From a virus (Duplodnaviria; Heunggongvirae; Uroviricota; Caudoviricetes): 64,000 nucleotides of DNA. Positions 34,965-44,750 of the stretch are shown in pieces (the first letter of the stretch is position 1; the number at the start of each line of letters is the position of its first letter). Where the stretch lies: the IMG/VR virus record IMGVR_UViG_3300025133_000025; one strand, written 5' to 3'. Position numbers and translations under genes: made by a program. The notes below the pieces were generated by a model. That model was given only the letters and a program-made list of their open reading frames with translations, ran no database searches and was not told the origin of the DNA.

Positions 34965-35935
34965 TTCAGCATTCCCCTAAAGTGCTCCAAATACATCGAC
35001 TCGGCACGATCAAAGATATCTTGCCTGTTTGGCGATGCAGGAAGAGAACTGGCTGTCATTGCATATTCAAGCTCACTCAGGCGCTCATCGATCATCTCTG
35101 CAACTTCATCAAACGGAAGCTCGCCTTTTCTGATTTGGAGAAGCAGCTCAGCATTTGGCCTGGGGAGTGTAAGATTTGCTGTGTTCGCAAGTTCAATTCC
35201 CTGGTCGGCAACCCTGTAGGCATGCATCAGTGCTTTCCAATCTTGGCCTCCAGCACTTGCCCGGGTGCGCTTGCCATAAGCTTTTTCAACGCTTCGAAGA
35301 ACGCCCAGGCTGTATTCAACTGTAGTGCTGAAGGGGAGATATCGGCTGCTGATTACAATCGCTTTGTCTTGAAACCTGCCGTCTCCATGACTCATGTCTA
35401 CAATATCGAAGTATGGTTCAGTCACGTCAGCCATCTGCTCTAGGTTGGCCGGATCAGATGCGAATTCATTGATTCGCATCTCTCCATCAAATTCTGTGAG
35501 AAATGAGATTGCCTCAACAATGGCGTCAAATCTGGCACCCTTCACACAGTACTTATTGGCCTGTGACTTACAGTAACCTGCAATCGATTCCATTCCTCTG
35601 CTTAGAAACTCTTCACGAGTGCCAACAAGATATTCCCAGTGTTGTGATGTTTCAAGTACCTTATCAGCTGGGGCCCACAACATCTCAAGAGCCATTGTTT
35701 GGGAATCAAGCGCTAGCGCAATGAACTTTCCAAGCTCAAAGAGCTCCATATCAAGTTCACCAGGCTGGATTCTAGCTGTCCCTTTCACATTACGCTTAAC
35801 AGAACGCTTCGGATTGAGAGCCATTTCACGAAATGTTGGGAAAAAGACTCCCTTAAGGTCAAGATCAGACGATGGAATGTTTGTGCCATACAGTTGAGAG
35901 CCATGCACAATCCGCACAATTGTTTTATTCACCAT
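34961..35935 (-). CDS. Pol-beta-superfamily nucleotidyltransferase
   Basis: HGSQLYGTNIPSSDLDLKGVF (GS ... D.D NTase fold motif). Confidence 0.55.
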   Translation of the reverse strand: MVNKTIVRIVHGSQLYGTNIPSSDLDLKGVFFPTFREMALNPKRSVKRNVKGTARIQPGELDMELFELGKFIALALDSQTMALEMLWAPADKVLETSQHWEYLVGTREEFLSRGMESIAGYCKSQANKYCVKGARFDAIVEAISFLTEFDGEMRINEFASDPANLEQMADVTEPYFDIVDMSHGDGRFQDKAIVISSRYLPFSTTVEYSLGVLRSVEKAYGKRTRASAGGQDWKALMHAYRVADQGIELANTANLTLPRPNAELLLQIRKGELPFDEVAEMIDERLSELEYAMTASSLPASPNRQDIFDRAESMYLEHFRGMLK

Positions 35936-36307
35936 TCAGTAGTCTCCGTCACAGAGCACAATTGCCTTAGGTTGATCAGCTGTGATCAACTTCAATGTAT
36001 AGTCTGGGCTATAAAGACTGTACTTCTTCAATTCTTTATCCAGAATTGAGCGTGCTTCTTTCTTAGAAGACGCAAGTACAATCGACGCAATACCTGTTGG
36101 AAACAAACCTAGGTGGTCAGTGCATGAATACAAATTCAATGCTGGCGACCCTCTATAGAGTTCTGGCTCAAATTCACCAGAAACTTCCCCCATTGAAACA
36201 CCCCACGCCCAACACCGCTTACAGACAGGCTGCTCTGCGACGAGCGTGCAAGATGGCATCTTACTACATACAAAACAATGGTTGAACAATAGCGCGCTGT
36301 TGCTCAT
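35936..36307 (-). CDS. Cys-rich hypothetical protein
   Basis: ORF track 123 aa. Confidence 0.4.
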   Translation of the reverse strand: MSNSALLFNHCFVCSKMPSCTLVAEQPVCKRCWAWGVSMGEVSGEFEPELYRGSPALNLYSCTDHLGLFPTGIASIVLASSKKEARSILDKELKKYSLYSPDYTLKLITADQPKAIVLCDGDY

Positions 36308-36323
36308 GCGAGTCTCCTAGAGC

Positions 36324-36581
36324 CTACCGTGCTGCCTGTTCGAATTCATCAGGGTAACAACCACTGATCATGAATTCTCTTTCATCAACATTGAGAAAGT
36401 GAAATGCATCCTGCATCATGGCTCCTTCAGCATATTCTGCCCAGCCTACCATAAACTGCGCCTCGGTGCAATTGAACACCATACTTCGCTCCTCAGGACC
36501 AAAGAACGGAAAAACTGCGTTGAACTGGATGACTGGAGAATCTGGACCATTGTGATTGATATTTGCGTTCTGAGCTTGCAT
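36324..36581 (-). CDS. hypothetical protein
   Basis: ORF track 85 aa. Confidence 0.4.
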   Translation of the reverse strand: MQAQNANINHNGPDSPVIQFNAVFPFFGPEERSMVFNCTEAQFMVGWAEYAEGAMMQDAFHFLNVDEREFMISGCYPDEFEQAAR

Positions 36582-36915
36582 GGTTTTCCTGTTTAAGTAT
36601 TGAAATTACACAACATTCACTACACCTATATTGTAACCTAAAGTAACAAGCGCAGAAAATAATGAGCCCTCAGCTCACCACGGTCTCCATTTGCCGCTGT
36701 CGGGTGACCAAATATAAACGCCTGGAATATCCTGTCTCGGAAGGAGGATACTTGCAACCAGTCCCTCTTCAACAAACCAGAAGATAAGTGCTGGGCCTAT
36801 CGGCCCATGCGTTTCAAGGCATTTGAAAACAAGCTCTTCGCAATTGAACATGCAGTCTTCATGCGTTGCTGCCTGAACATGGCGCCACAATGAAAAGACA
36901 ATTGCCCTGTATGCA

Positions 36916-37518
36916 TTAGGGAACAGTAAGCGTGTGAGCCTGTGTGATAAAGTGTGTATGACCACACCGTGTTCGTTCAAGTTCCCCAAGAACTTCTTCG
37001 GCGTCCTTGACATATTCTTCTTCGCCACCATCACTACCTCCGCCAAAATAACCATAGTCATCACGGACGAAGATTTCAATCTTCTCGTAATCTTCTGATA
37101 TATCAAGCCAGTCAGCGATCTCAAGATTGATTAATAGCCCCATTCCGTCAGCACATTCAAACTGCTGCCACCAATCTGGAAAATTAAGATCGATGTTAAG
37201 ATGTGAAATGATGAGTGCAGGATCACATACCAAGACGCGACCAGCCGGACCAGTTATCACATTCCCAACGTAACGTTCATCATTTGCAGTTAACCACTTG
37301 TTTGTGATGCGCTTAAACATTGTCACGTCTAGTATCGTTCCATCAACTTCATCTGCGTTGATTGATACCTGCAGCATACCACCAGGTTGAACCTGATAAA
37401 GTGTTGCTAGACCTAGTGCAAAGTCAGGAATTCTAAAGTCAACACCAACTGGCACGAGCGCAAGCTTTCCATGCTCAACTAAAACGTCACCATCAAAGAC
37501 TTCAACATCATCAAACAT
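36916..37518 (-). CDS. hypothetical protein 200 aa
   Basis: ORF track; the overlapping 36675..37124 frame is uncertain. Confidence 0.45.
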   Translation of the reverse strand: MFDDVEVFDGDVLVEHGKLALVPVGVDFRIPDFALGLATLYQVQPGGMLQVSINADEVDGTILDVTMFKRITNKWLTANDERYVGNVITGPAGRVLVCDPALIISHLNIDLNFPDWWQQFECADGMGLLINLEIADWLDISEDYEKIEIFVRDDYGYFGGGSDGGEEEYVKDAEEVLGELERTRCGHTHFITQAHTLTVP

Positions 37519-37530
37519 TGGCCAGATTTT

Positions 37531-37746
37531 CTAAAGTGCGCCTGCTGTGAAATGCTTCCTGATAAATCGCGAAATGGCCTTTGTCGGAGCATTGTCATTA
37601 AGTGGAATTCGCACTCTGGAGAATGACCGGGAACCTCGCTCTGCGCCCTTGTTCAGACGCCCGAGCCCGAGCTCCCATGCCACAGTTACAATTGGGTTGT
37701 TGTTCTCATCACGAATATACTGAACCCTCTGTCGTTTATCACTCAT
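37531..37746 (-). CDS. hypothetical protein (start at internal MSDKRQR)
   Basis: internal ATG coupled to the upstream stop. Confidence 0.4.
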   Translation of the reverse strand: MSDKRQRVQYIRDENNNPIVTVAWELGLGRLNKGAERGSRSFSRVRIPLNDNAPTKAISRFIRKHFTAGAL

Positions 37747-37747
37747 G

Positions 37748-37999
37748 TCATTTGTCCTTTCTTGGACTGTGCGCACGCGGGTTGATAGAAAAGTGCCGCT
37801 TATCAATAGAGAACAATTTTGAATCGTCCTTGTTGGTGTGCAGCTCGCGTGCTGTACTGTTTTCCTTAACAATTTTCTCAAGCTTCTTAAGAACATAAGG
37901 GTGGCTTGAAAAAACTGTTGCTCCCTCTTCCCAATCTGAAACAACAATGGTTGTTTCACGCTCTGACGTTGGTTTTGGAATAACTGCTCTAAATTTCAT
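37748..37999 (-). CDS. hypothetical protein, tandem paralog A
   Basis: shares IDKRH.S.N ... SPR C-terminal motif with the next gene. Confidence 0.45.
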   Translation of the reverse strand: MKFRAVIPKPTSERETTIVVSDWEEGATVFSSHPYVLKKLEKIVKENSTARELHTNKDDSKLFSIDKRHFSINPRAHSPRKDK

Positions 38000-38250
38000 T
38001 ACTGCCTCGGTGAGTAAGCTTTTTCGTTCAGTGAGATATGACGCTTGTCAATAGCACACTCAACAAAATCACTTCCGTCAAAAACCATGCGCCCTGTATC
38101 GCCCTCACAAATCTGTCGTAGCAAACGCATAACAGGCAACTGCGTAGATGAAACATACGCATACTCTTGCGCATCGTGAATTGTAATCACTGTCTCTTGA
38201 TCAGAGGATGGCTTGAACTTATTTTGTAATTTCATACTGCAAGTACGCAA
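37999..38250 (-). CDS. hypothetical protein, tandem paralog B
   Basis: paralogy with 37748..37999. Confidence 0.45.
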   Translation of the reverse strand: MRTCSMKLQNKFKPSSDQETVITIHDAQEYAYVSSTQLPVMRLLRQICEGDTGRMVFDGSDFVECAIDKRHISLNEKAYSPRQ

Positions 38251-39851
38251 TCTCTAATACCACACATACATGTATTAGTTTCATAGTCATCTGTGAAATG
38301 TGCAACAGCCGAATCAAATTCAGCGTCGGGCAGGTCCTCGGGATCCGGCACGGGCCATTCCATATCTGCTTGTGAGAATTTTGTATCAACAGCAACCAGC
38401 CCAGGCTCAGTGATATCAACATCTTCACCAGCTGTAGACATGGACCACAGCTTCTGCGTTTCATCAAAGATCTGCATGTAGATGGCGCGCTGTCGAGCCA
38501 GTGCACGAAACTTTACCATGAACAATTTCGGACCCAACACAGTCAGTGTCTTGACGAGCTCTGCAATGTCTGCAGGCGTCATTCCAGCGCCATTCTTGCA
38601 AACGTAATCTGTAATCTGCGCGTAATCACTACCAACAATTGATTTGCTCGTGTCAGTGCTATACAGATCGAGATAGTAATCAAGAACGATCTTGCGCCCA
38701 TTCGCGTCAGGCGCAGGAACATAGACAAGCTCGTCAAACCGACCTGGGCGCAAGCCTGCCCTATCAAACTTTGTAATGTCGTTGACAGTTGCAACAGTAA
38801 TTACAGGGCTCAATCTCTTTGGGAGCCACTCAAGCATCTGAAGGAGGGCCCTGTTGTCCACATCATATCTATCAAAGTCATCGAACACAACCACATTCGG
38901 GGCAAGCATTGCCAGGATTTCGGGCCCTGTTCCGTTCGTCTTTCTAAAGAAGCTTGGCTTCAAAATTACGCAGCGGCCGCTCAGGTGATTGTTGATCACG
39001 CGTGTGAGAGTCGTCTTGCCAACCCCAGGTGGGCCCAGCAGCATGATTGATCTAGAAAAGCCAGCCTCCATGAAGAGACTCGTATCTTCAGCAACCTGCT
39101 CAACTTCAGCCAGCGTTCCGCCAAGTCCAATATAGTTCTTGACGTCGTTCTCAGCGTTGATGATTGGTCGATCACCATGGTAGGTTGCCTGGAAATCGAT
39201 CTCTACAACAGACGAGCCATAGAAATCCCAAAATGCCTTTGTCAACCAATCGTTGAATCGTTTTCGCGATATCCCCATGTCAGAATCATCAGAATCTTTG
39301 ATATGAAAGTATGGCCCGCTTGACCAGCGCAGCAATTCCTCATCAGAATCTTCATGCGCCTCACCGGAGCGAGTGGCGGCGGTATTCTTCCTTCTGCCGA
39401 CCTCGTATTTCACAGCAAAGTAATCAACAGTTCCTTCAAACTCGTATGTGAAAGCAATGACCTCCGTTGCCAGGATTTGTCCTTCTGCATTCTTGATCTT
39501 GATTCGCTCACGCTTCAGGCCCTTAACGCAAGGGATGAGGATTTCACGAACAAGCTCGGCGCCTGCTCTATCCTCTGTCAGCATGTAGCAGTCGTTATCT
39601 TCAAGCCACAAGTCAACATGGTCAATGTCTTCTTCAATTTCGTAATCGTCAGTATTCTCAATCGACTCGCGGTACTGCTTGACAGCATCTGCGATATCAA
39701 ATCCTGCGTCGAGCTTTGAAAGCAGACCTTTTCTCGGCTGGACAAGCGAACGCACAACTTGCTTCAGCGGAATAAAGAAACCCGGAAGCGCAGTATTAGT
39801 TTTTCCCAAGCGTCCAAGATAACGCTCAAAATCTTCTTCTTCCCAAAACAT
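38232..39851 (-). CDS. AAA+ ATPase
   Basis: Walker A LLGPPGVGKTTL, Walker B VVFDDFD, arginine-finger region RPGRFD. Confidence 0.7.
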   Translation of the reverse strand: MFWEEEDFERYLGRLGKTNTALPGFFIPLKQVVRSLVQPRKGLLSKLDAGFDIADAVKQYRESIENTDDYEIEEDIDHVDLWLEDNDCYMLTEDRAGAELVREILIPCVKGLKRERIKIKNAEGQILATEVIAFTYEFEGTVDYFAVKYEVGRRKNTAATRSGEAHEDSDEELLRWSSGPYFHIKDSDDSDMGISRKRFNDWLTKAFWDFYGSSVVEIDFQATYHGDRPIINAENDVKNYIGLGGTLAEVEQVAEDTSLFMEAGFSRSIMLLGPPGVGKTTLTRVINNHLSGRCVILKPSFFRKTNGTGPEILAMLAPNVVVFDDFDRYDVDNRALLQMLEWLPKRLSPVITVATVNDITKFDRAGLRPGRFDELVYVPAPDANGRKIVLDYYLDLYSTDTSKSIVGSDYAQITDYVCKNGAGMTPADIAELVKTLTVLGPKLFMVKFRALARQRAIYMQIFDETQKLWSMSTAGEDVDITEPGLVAVDTKFSQADMEWPVPDPEDLPDAEFDSAVAHFTDDYETNTCMCGIRDCVLAV

Positions 39852-39855
39852 CGTG

Positions 39856-40077
39856 TTATCGCCCCAGCTTCATCCTGAAATAATCAAGCGGTTCATAATC
39901 CCGCCCGCGCGCTGACACTTTTACAAGCGTCTCAACACCATCAATAACCCTATAGTGAAAAACATCTCCTTTCTTTGTCGTTCGTTTTTGACCTGCAATA
40001 CCGATTGCACGAGTCTTACTACGCTTAACAACAGCTTTTCGATTTGCTGCTGCTGGATTATCATGGTCGCTACGCAT
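39856..40077 (-). CDS. small basic protein
   Basis: ORF track 73 aa; promoter motif upstream. Confidence 0.45.
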   Translation of the reverse strand: MRSDHDNPAAANRKAVVKRSKTRAIGIAGQKRTTKKGDVFHYRVIDGVETLVKVSARGRDYEPLDYFRMKLGR

Positions 40078-40104
40078 TTATAAACCTTTCATTCCTGTTA
40101 CCTT

Positions 40105-40134
40105 TATTGTAACAACAAGTTTTCTTCACGGAAT
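40105..40134 (-). promoter_or_regulatory. phage promoter motif (ATTCCG-N14-TGTTACAAT)
   Basis: conserved architecture. Confidence 0.4.
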
Positions 40135-40376
40135 CAAATAATGTCGTTGCTCAACATTTTGTAGATCTCAGGTGTTAGTGTGAGAACTTTAATCTTAAAA
40201 CGATCTGGGTCAGTCTTTACCTTGGCATCATTCTTTTGCAGCACGTTTAGCATGCCCATTGCAGTTTCCTTATCTTTAAAGACAACAGGCCTACCAGTTT
40301 TTACGTCAGAGAGTACAGGATTATAGTAACCCTTGCTATCAATAATTACAAACCGCGCTTCAGGCTTCGCTTTCAA
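40134..40376 (-). CDS. hypothetical protein
   Basis: ORF track 80 aa. Confidence 0.4.
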   Translation of the reverse strand: MKAKPEARFVIIDSKGYYNPVLSDVKTGRPVVFKDKETAMGMLNVLQKNDAKVKTDPDRFKIKVLTLTPEIYKMLSNDII

Positions 40377-41011
40377 AGCTTACCTTTCTCTAGACGAACG
40401 CCTCCAGCTGTTCCTATCCTAGATGCTTTGCCAATAAGCTTTACGCTCCGGCCTTTCTGCAAAAAGACACTCTTGTCGAATGATGATGCTCTTGCAGATT
40501 TTGATTTGCCGCGCGGCATATTCCAATCATTCGGTCCAATCGCAAGCGCAGTTGCTGAGAAAACAGTGCTGTCGCCGCGGGCTGTAAGAATGTAATTTAC
40601 TGGCCTTGTTAGATGGTCCTTTCTCATTAGAGCCACTGTATTTGTAATCCAATTTGGCGTGCGCTGCCCTGTAATCTTTACTTCTAAGACCATGCTTCTA
40701 TTATCGTTGTCTGTAAAAACGAAATCCCCTCCAGCACCAAGAGCATCAGCGCCAACGTCTTCCAACAAACCTAATGAATTCAGTGTGATGTGTGTTGACA
40801 TTGCCTTGAACAAAACTTTCTCCCAGGCAATTCCCATGATCCCGCCTAATTCACGCGGTTCAAGTTGAGTTGAGAGATATTTCTTTGATGCCCGCCCGAA
40901 GGATGCAAAAAAGCGATCATACTCACTAACGGCCGCAACTATTACGTCACGCGTAAGGATCTGCTTGACCAGCCTTCTATTCCACCTTCTTGTTTCTCTG
41001 TTAAAGCGCAT
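40373..41011 (-). CDS. hypothetical protein (possible PD-(D/E)xK nuclease: GDFVFTDNDNRSMVLEVK)
   Basis: ORF track 212 aa; motif match is weak. Confidence 0.45.
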   Translation of the reverse strand: MRFNRETRRWNRRLVKQILTRDVIVAAVSEYDRFFASFGRASKKYLSTQLEPRELGGIMGIAWEKVLFKAMSTHITLNSLGLLEDVGADALGAGGDFVFTDNDNRSMVLEVKITGQRTPNWITNTVALMRKDHLTRPVNYILTARGDSTVFSATALAIGPNDWNMPRGKSKSARASSFDKSVFLQKGRSVKLIGKASRIGTAGGVRLEKGKL

Positions 41012-41362
41012 TTATGCATCCCAGCTGCAATAACCCATGACACGCTCAGGGTAAAGCACGTTTCCACCATTTACTTCGCTAACAGCATCTTCAATCCAGC
41101 GCATTCCATACGCTAGACGAGGCACAGCAAACTTTGCAATGTCACCACTTGCAATTGCAAAAAAGACGTCATTGCGTCCGCCAGGGCCAGTCTCATCTGG
41201 AAGTGTTCTAATCTCTTCAAGATATTGTACAGTGACGCCAAATTCAGTTTCGGCCCAACTCTCAAATGCTGTTGAATTACTTGGTTCAACAAGCGTCGCT
41301 GGCCAAATTACAACCTGGACAAAACCCTCGTCAAGCTTTACATTTTCCATTTTCTCATTCTC
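41012..41362 (-). CDS. hypothetical protein (start trimmed to internal Met)
   Basis: ORF track; overlap with the next gene resolved by the internal start. Confidence 0.35.
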   Translation of the reverse strand, partial: ENEKMENVKLDEGFVQVVIWPATLVEPSNSTAFESWAETEFGVTVQYLEEIRTLPDETGPGGRNDVFFAIASGDIAKFAVPRLAYGMRWIEDAVSEVNGGNVLYPERVMGYCSWDA

Positions 41363-41675
41363 CATTATCAATACGGCACTCTCTGTCACCGCAATAAAGT
41401 GAAAGATACTGAATGGTGCGGTATGGCGGATGGCCATTTAGCACTGTTGCATTGCACCACGTCGGCGGACTATAGCAAACCACACCATAGGTGAAACCAT
41501 CTTCATGCGGAAACTCTTCACTCAAAAAGATTCCCGCGCGCTGCTCCGTTGCCGCTGTTCCTGTTGGAAATATTTCTGCAGCATTAAACCCAGGCCCAAT
41601 TGCTACTAAAGCACCAACAATAACAAGCGCGCAGACAAGCGCAACGAAACTCAAATATTCATTCCACATTAACAT
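41355..41675 (-). CDS. membrane-anchored hypothetical protein
   Basis: N-terminal LSFVALVCALVIVGALVAIG anchor. Confidence 0.4.
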   Translation of the reverse strand: MLMWNEYLSFVALVCALVIVGALVAIGPGFNAAEIFPTGTAATEQRAGIFLSEEFPHEDGFTYGVVCYSPPTWCNATVLNGHPPYRTIQYLSLYCGDRECRIDNGE

Positions 41676-41696
41676 CTGTTTGCTCCAAGCCTGTGT

Positions 41697-42023
41697 TTAT
41701 TCATCTGCAAACCCGACTTTCTCGTATTCACCCCTTAGTCTAATAAGCCCATCACGCTCAAGCTTTGTTGAATATTGGCGGGTGATATCTTCTACTACAC
41801 CAATTGCTGCATGTGACATTGGACCTTGCCTGGCACAAATTAATGTGCAGCGTAATGATGCTTTGTGATCATCAAGCTCAGCAGCTATATTCTCACCTGC
41901 CATTGATATGTCATGACCAGTAATTACACGCAATTGATATTTGCAATTTGGCCTTCCATGGATATCGGGTATATTGCAGGGTACATCTTCACTTTCGTGT
42001 ACAATCGAGCAATTCAAACTCAT
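41697..42023 (-). CDS. hypothetical protein
   Basis: ORF track 108 aa. Confidence 0.4.
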   Translation of the reverse strand: MSLNCSIVHESEDVPCNIPDIHGRPNCKYQLRVITGHDISMAGENIAAELDDHKASLRCTLICARQGPMSHAAIGVVEDITRQYSTKLERDGLIRLRGEYEKVGFADE

Positions 42024-42495
42024 GCTCTAAATCTTTCTTCATTCGTGTGAAATTATCCAAAAGTCGCCCCATTGCTTCCGATGTGTGTGCTTCACTCAAC
42101 TTTGCTTCATGCTCAGCCATATTTTGAAAATAGTGTGGATCGTCTAGCGTCACACCAAATGGCCTGCCATCAAGATGTTGTTTTACATGCGTAAGCTCAT
42201 GTACTAATATTCTAATATACATGAGGACATCATCTCTCTTACCTTTTCTAGCAGCTGTATAGAACTTCCCGAGCACCTCAACATTCACTTGACCGTCACG
42301 CATTATACGTGTCATTCCTCTTGTACTGCTGTTTACGAAATGCTTAACAATGTTGATTGTTAATGGCGCATCTCCAATCAGGCGCTGCACAATATGTGCA
42401 GTAAGAGCTAGCAGAAAATTATTACGCTCATGTCTGAGCTTGATGTGTCGTGAGAAGATTCTAATGCTGCGTTGCTGCTGCAGCAAGCTTCTCAC
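41989..42495 (-). CDS. HExxH zinc metallopeptidase-like protein
   Basis: LVHELTHVKQH motif. Confidence 0.5.
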   Translation of the reverse strand: MRSLLQQQRSIRIFSRHIKLRHERNNFLLALTAHIVQRLIGDAPLTINIVKHFVNSSTRGMTRIMRDGQVNVEVLGKFYTAARKGKRDDVLMYIRILVHELTHVKQHLDGRPFGVTLDDPHYFQNMAEHEAKLSEAHTSEAMGRLLDNFTRMKKDLEHEFELLDCTRK

Positions 42496-43705
42496 TCATA
42501 ATTCCCTTTCGGTGTTTAAAGTACTTTCTGGCGATCGTGCGGAAATACGATTCACCCCCCTCTGGAGAGTCAGGCTTCCAAAGACTATAAAGAGACCAAT
42601 GATCTTCACTGTTGTCAACACACTGGCGCAAATCTTCAACCATCTGCCAAGCAAGCGGCTGGATTTCACCGTCAAGGAGAGGCAGCATTCTTTCGAGGCG
42701 CCCACCCATATCGCATGACATGATGTACTTGTATGACAGTTTCGTCTGCACCATAAGATTGAGATAATCAATGAACTTAAACTTTACAAGGCGGTTGCCA
42801 AAATCAATGACGAAGCCCTCTTTGTTCTTAAACTGGCGATCTGTGATGAGATCACGAACAGCAGATTTATTCATCATGAACATCGGGGGTGTGGAAACCT
42901 TAAGTTCTCTAGCAATCCACTCCAAGCTTGCAATATCAAGCTTTTCACAATTATCGTCGTATGCTGCAAGTAAGAAAAGCTTCTTCTCATTGCCATAGTC
43001 AACATGGACCCTCGATTCAGGTGCAATTAACTCACAGATGATATTCATCACAGGCGGCATATTCAAGATTCGACGCTTTGCATTCATCGATTCAAACTGT
43101 CGCTTTGTTAGTAGTTCAAGACCAATGTCACTGTACTGCGTCTGGAGGCGGCCGCGAGTTGTGCAGCGAAGCTCACCATTGTGGACGAAGTACTCGACCA
43201 TAGCACCATCTTCCTTAGACCAAACAGGATGCAGCTCATCATCGAGCATGTCCCACTTGACCTCGGAGATTTCGTCGTAGTTAAAGAACTTTTCAAAGCC
43301 ACGAGAAACGAGCCTAACATCACCGATTGAATCATCACGATGAAGTGTCTCGCCACACGCTGCTCTTTCAGTTCTCTCATGCCTATCAAACTTAAACACC
43401 AATCCGCGGATCAGTCGCACAACCTCTGTCCAGCCACCCTCAATTGAGTGGAGAACTGCATGCGCCTGCTTGGTGTAATTCAAAAGAATGAGACTGTTCT
43501 CTTCATCGATGTCGAAGTCAAAGAGCTCATACGACTTAATTCCCCACTCATCAGGGATAGCCAGGAGGCGCCGGAACTCAGGCTCCAACTCCTTCTTCAC
43601 AAATCGCCAAGCGGCTTTCTTCTCTTCGTAGTTTGCAATCCGTGAAAGGATCATCGCAGCAATGGCTGTAATTGGACCATTGATGTTTTCAAAATCGGTT
43701 GACAT
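42461..43705 (-). CDS. RNA ligase, Rnl1 family (copy 2)
   Basis: GFEKFFN followed by motif I KEDGAMV (T4 Rnl1 KEDGSL); 414 aa. Confidence 0.65.
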   Translation of the reverse strand: MSTDFENINGPITAIAAMILSRIANYEEKKAAWRFVKKELEPEFRRLLAIPDEWGIKSYELFDFDIDEENSLILLNYTKQAHAVLHSIEGGWTEVVRLIRGLVFKFDRHERTERAACGETLHRDDSIGDVRLVSRGFEKFFNYDEISEVKWDMLDDELHPVWSKEDGAMVEYFVHNGELRCTTRGRLQTQYSDIGLELLTKRQFESMNAKRRILNMPPVMNIICELIAPESRVHVDYGNEKKLFLLAAYDDNCEKLDIASLEWIARELKVSTPPMFMMNKSAVRDLITDRQFKNKEGFVIDFGNRLVKFKFIDYLNLMVQTKLSYKYIMSCDMGGRLERMLPLLDGEIQPLAWQMVEDLRQCVDNSEDHWSLYSLWKPDSPEGGESYFRTIARKYFKHRKGIMSEKLAAAATQH

Positions 43706-43713
43706 GGCGCTCC

Positions 43714-43950
43714 CTAATGTTTGTTATTTTCAAGACTCAACAGCAAGCTATTAAAGCGAATCAGCTCAGTGTCAGGCAGGCGCAGTGTGTAGCTACGTCC
43801 AAATTCGATGATTGCATCACCAGTAATTTTGCATCGGCGCGCAGTCACATGAACAACACCTCCATCAGTTTTAAACGCGCCAGCTGTGGTTGTTCCATCG
43901 GCATCAAGCATAGCACTACCCTTCTTCCAGTGTGAGATGATAAATCTCAC
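43714..43950 (-). CDS. hypothetical protein
   Basis: ORF track 78 aa. Confidence 0.35.
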   Translation of the reverse strand: MRFIISHWKKGSAMLDADGTTTAGAFKTDGGVVHVTARRCKITGDAIIEFGRSYTLRLPDTELIRFNSLLLSLENNKH

Positions 43951-43991
43951 CTTAATTATATTTTAATACTTTATCAACTGCGCAGAAAGCT

Positions 43992-44258
43992 CTACGCACG
44001 AGGCTTTTTTCGTGACTGCACAAACTCTAGGTTTGCTTCCTGACCAAGAAGACGTAGTTCATCTTCAATACACATATCACAACACCAATACTCATCTTTG
44101 CGATAACGATCACTATCCTTTACAACATAGAAGTTGAAGGTAGGTGTACACCGATAGTGACTAAGACAAACTCCACACTCTACAAAGAGGTGGCGAATGT
44201 CATGCTGCTGCCCATTGGCAACCTTGGTATGCTTATGTCGAATTACTCCAACGCTCAT
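43992..44258 (-). CDS. Cys-rich hypothetical protein
   Basis: ORF track 88 aa. Confidence 0.4.
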   Translation of the reverse strand: MSVGVIRHKHTKVANGQQHDIRHLFVECGVCLSHYRCTPTFNFYVVKDSDRYRKDEYWCCDMCIEDELRLLGQEANLEFVQSRKKPRA

Positions 44259-44280
44259 ATCTTACTCCTTAACTACAAAT

Positions 44281-44299
44281 GGATTCACCTTGTGAATCC
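44281..44299 (-). terminator. hairpin GGATTCAC-CTTG-GTGAATCC
   Basis: 8-bp perfect stem just downstream of the 44325 stop. Confidence 0.4.
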
Positions 44300-44324
44300 A
44301 CCATCCTTAAATTCATTATAATAC

Positions 44325-44630
44325 TCAGCGGCCCTTTAAGTAATCTTCCTTTTGGCTTGCCAGGTCTGAGCGGTGTTCATCAATATGGGATTGAATTGAG
44401 CGACCTGAAGGTGGCTTCCTTTGTGAAGCGTATCCGTCCTTGGCCCAGCCTCCGCCCTTCAGCATATGACTGCCCGCACTAAATGCAATGCGCTCACAGG
44501 GTTGTCCAGTTTCTGGGCAGTGTGTTACTTCATCGCGATTTGCAAGTGTTCTGATTAGCTCAAAGATTGAACCATCTTCTCGTTTATATTCATAGATTGG
44601 CACGAAGTAGTAACCTTTCTTTTTGATCAC
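44325..44630 (-). CDS. zinc-ribbon-like protein
   Basis: 101 aa; HCPETGQPCE Cys pair. Confidence 0.4.
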   Translation of the reverse strand: MIKKKGYYFVPIYEYKREDGSIFELIRTLANRDEVTHCPETGQPCERIAFSAGSHMLKGGGWAKDGYASQRKPPSGRSIQSHIDEHRSDLASQKEDYLKGR

Positions 44631-44750
44631 TCTGTTTCAGTCGGGCTCGGGCAAGGCGCGCAGCTTTCTTCTTGCCATCAACCTCTCGACAGCATGAACA
44701 CACTTTGCCTGATCCACGATATCCTTTGATACGCTTCTTAAAATCGTCCA

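Noticed and set aside
36675-37124. 149-aa minus-strand ORF overlapping 36916..37518 by about 200 nt
   Set aside because: The overlap with a longer ORF is extensive. Only a short C-terminal part (from an internal Met near 36851) could be independent, which is insufficient evidence.
15612-40134. Dispersed repeat TATTATAACA ... AACGGAAA, first taken for a REP-like repeat or terminator
   Set aside because: It has fixed 14-nt spacing, an extended -10 on the minus strand, and always sits just upstream of minus-strand starts. A promoter explains it better, and that is how it is reported.
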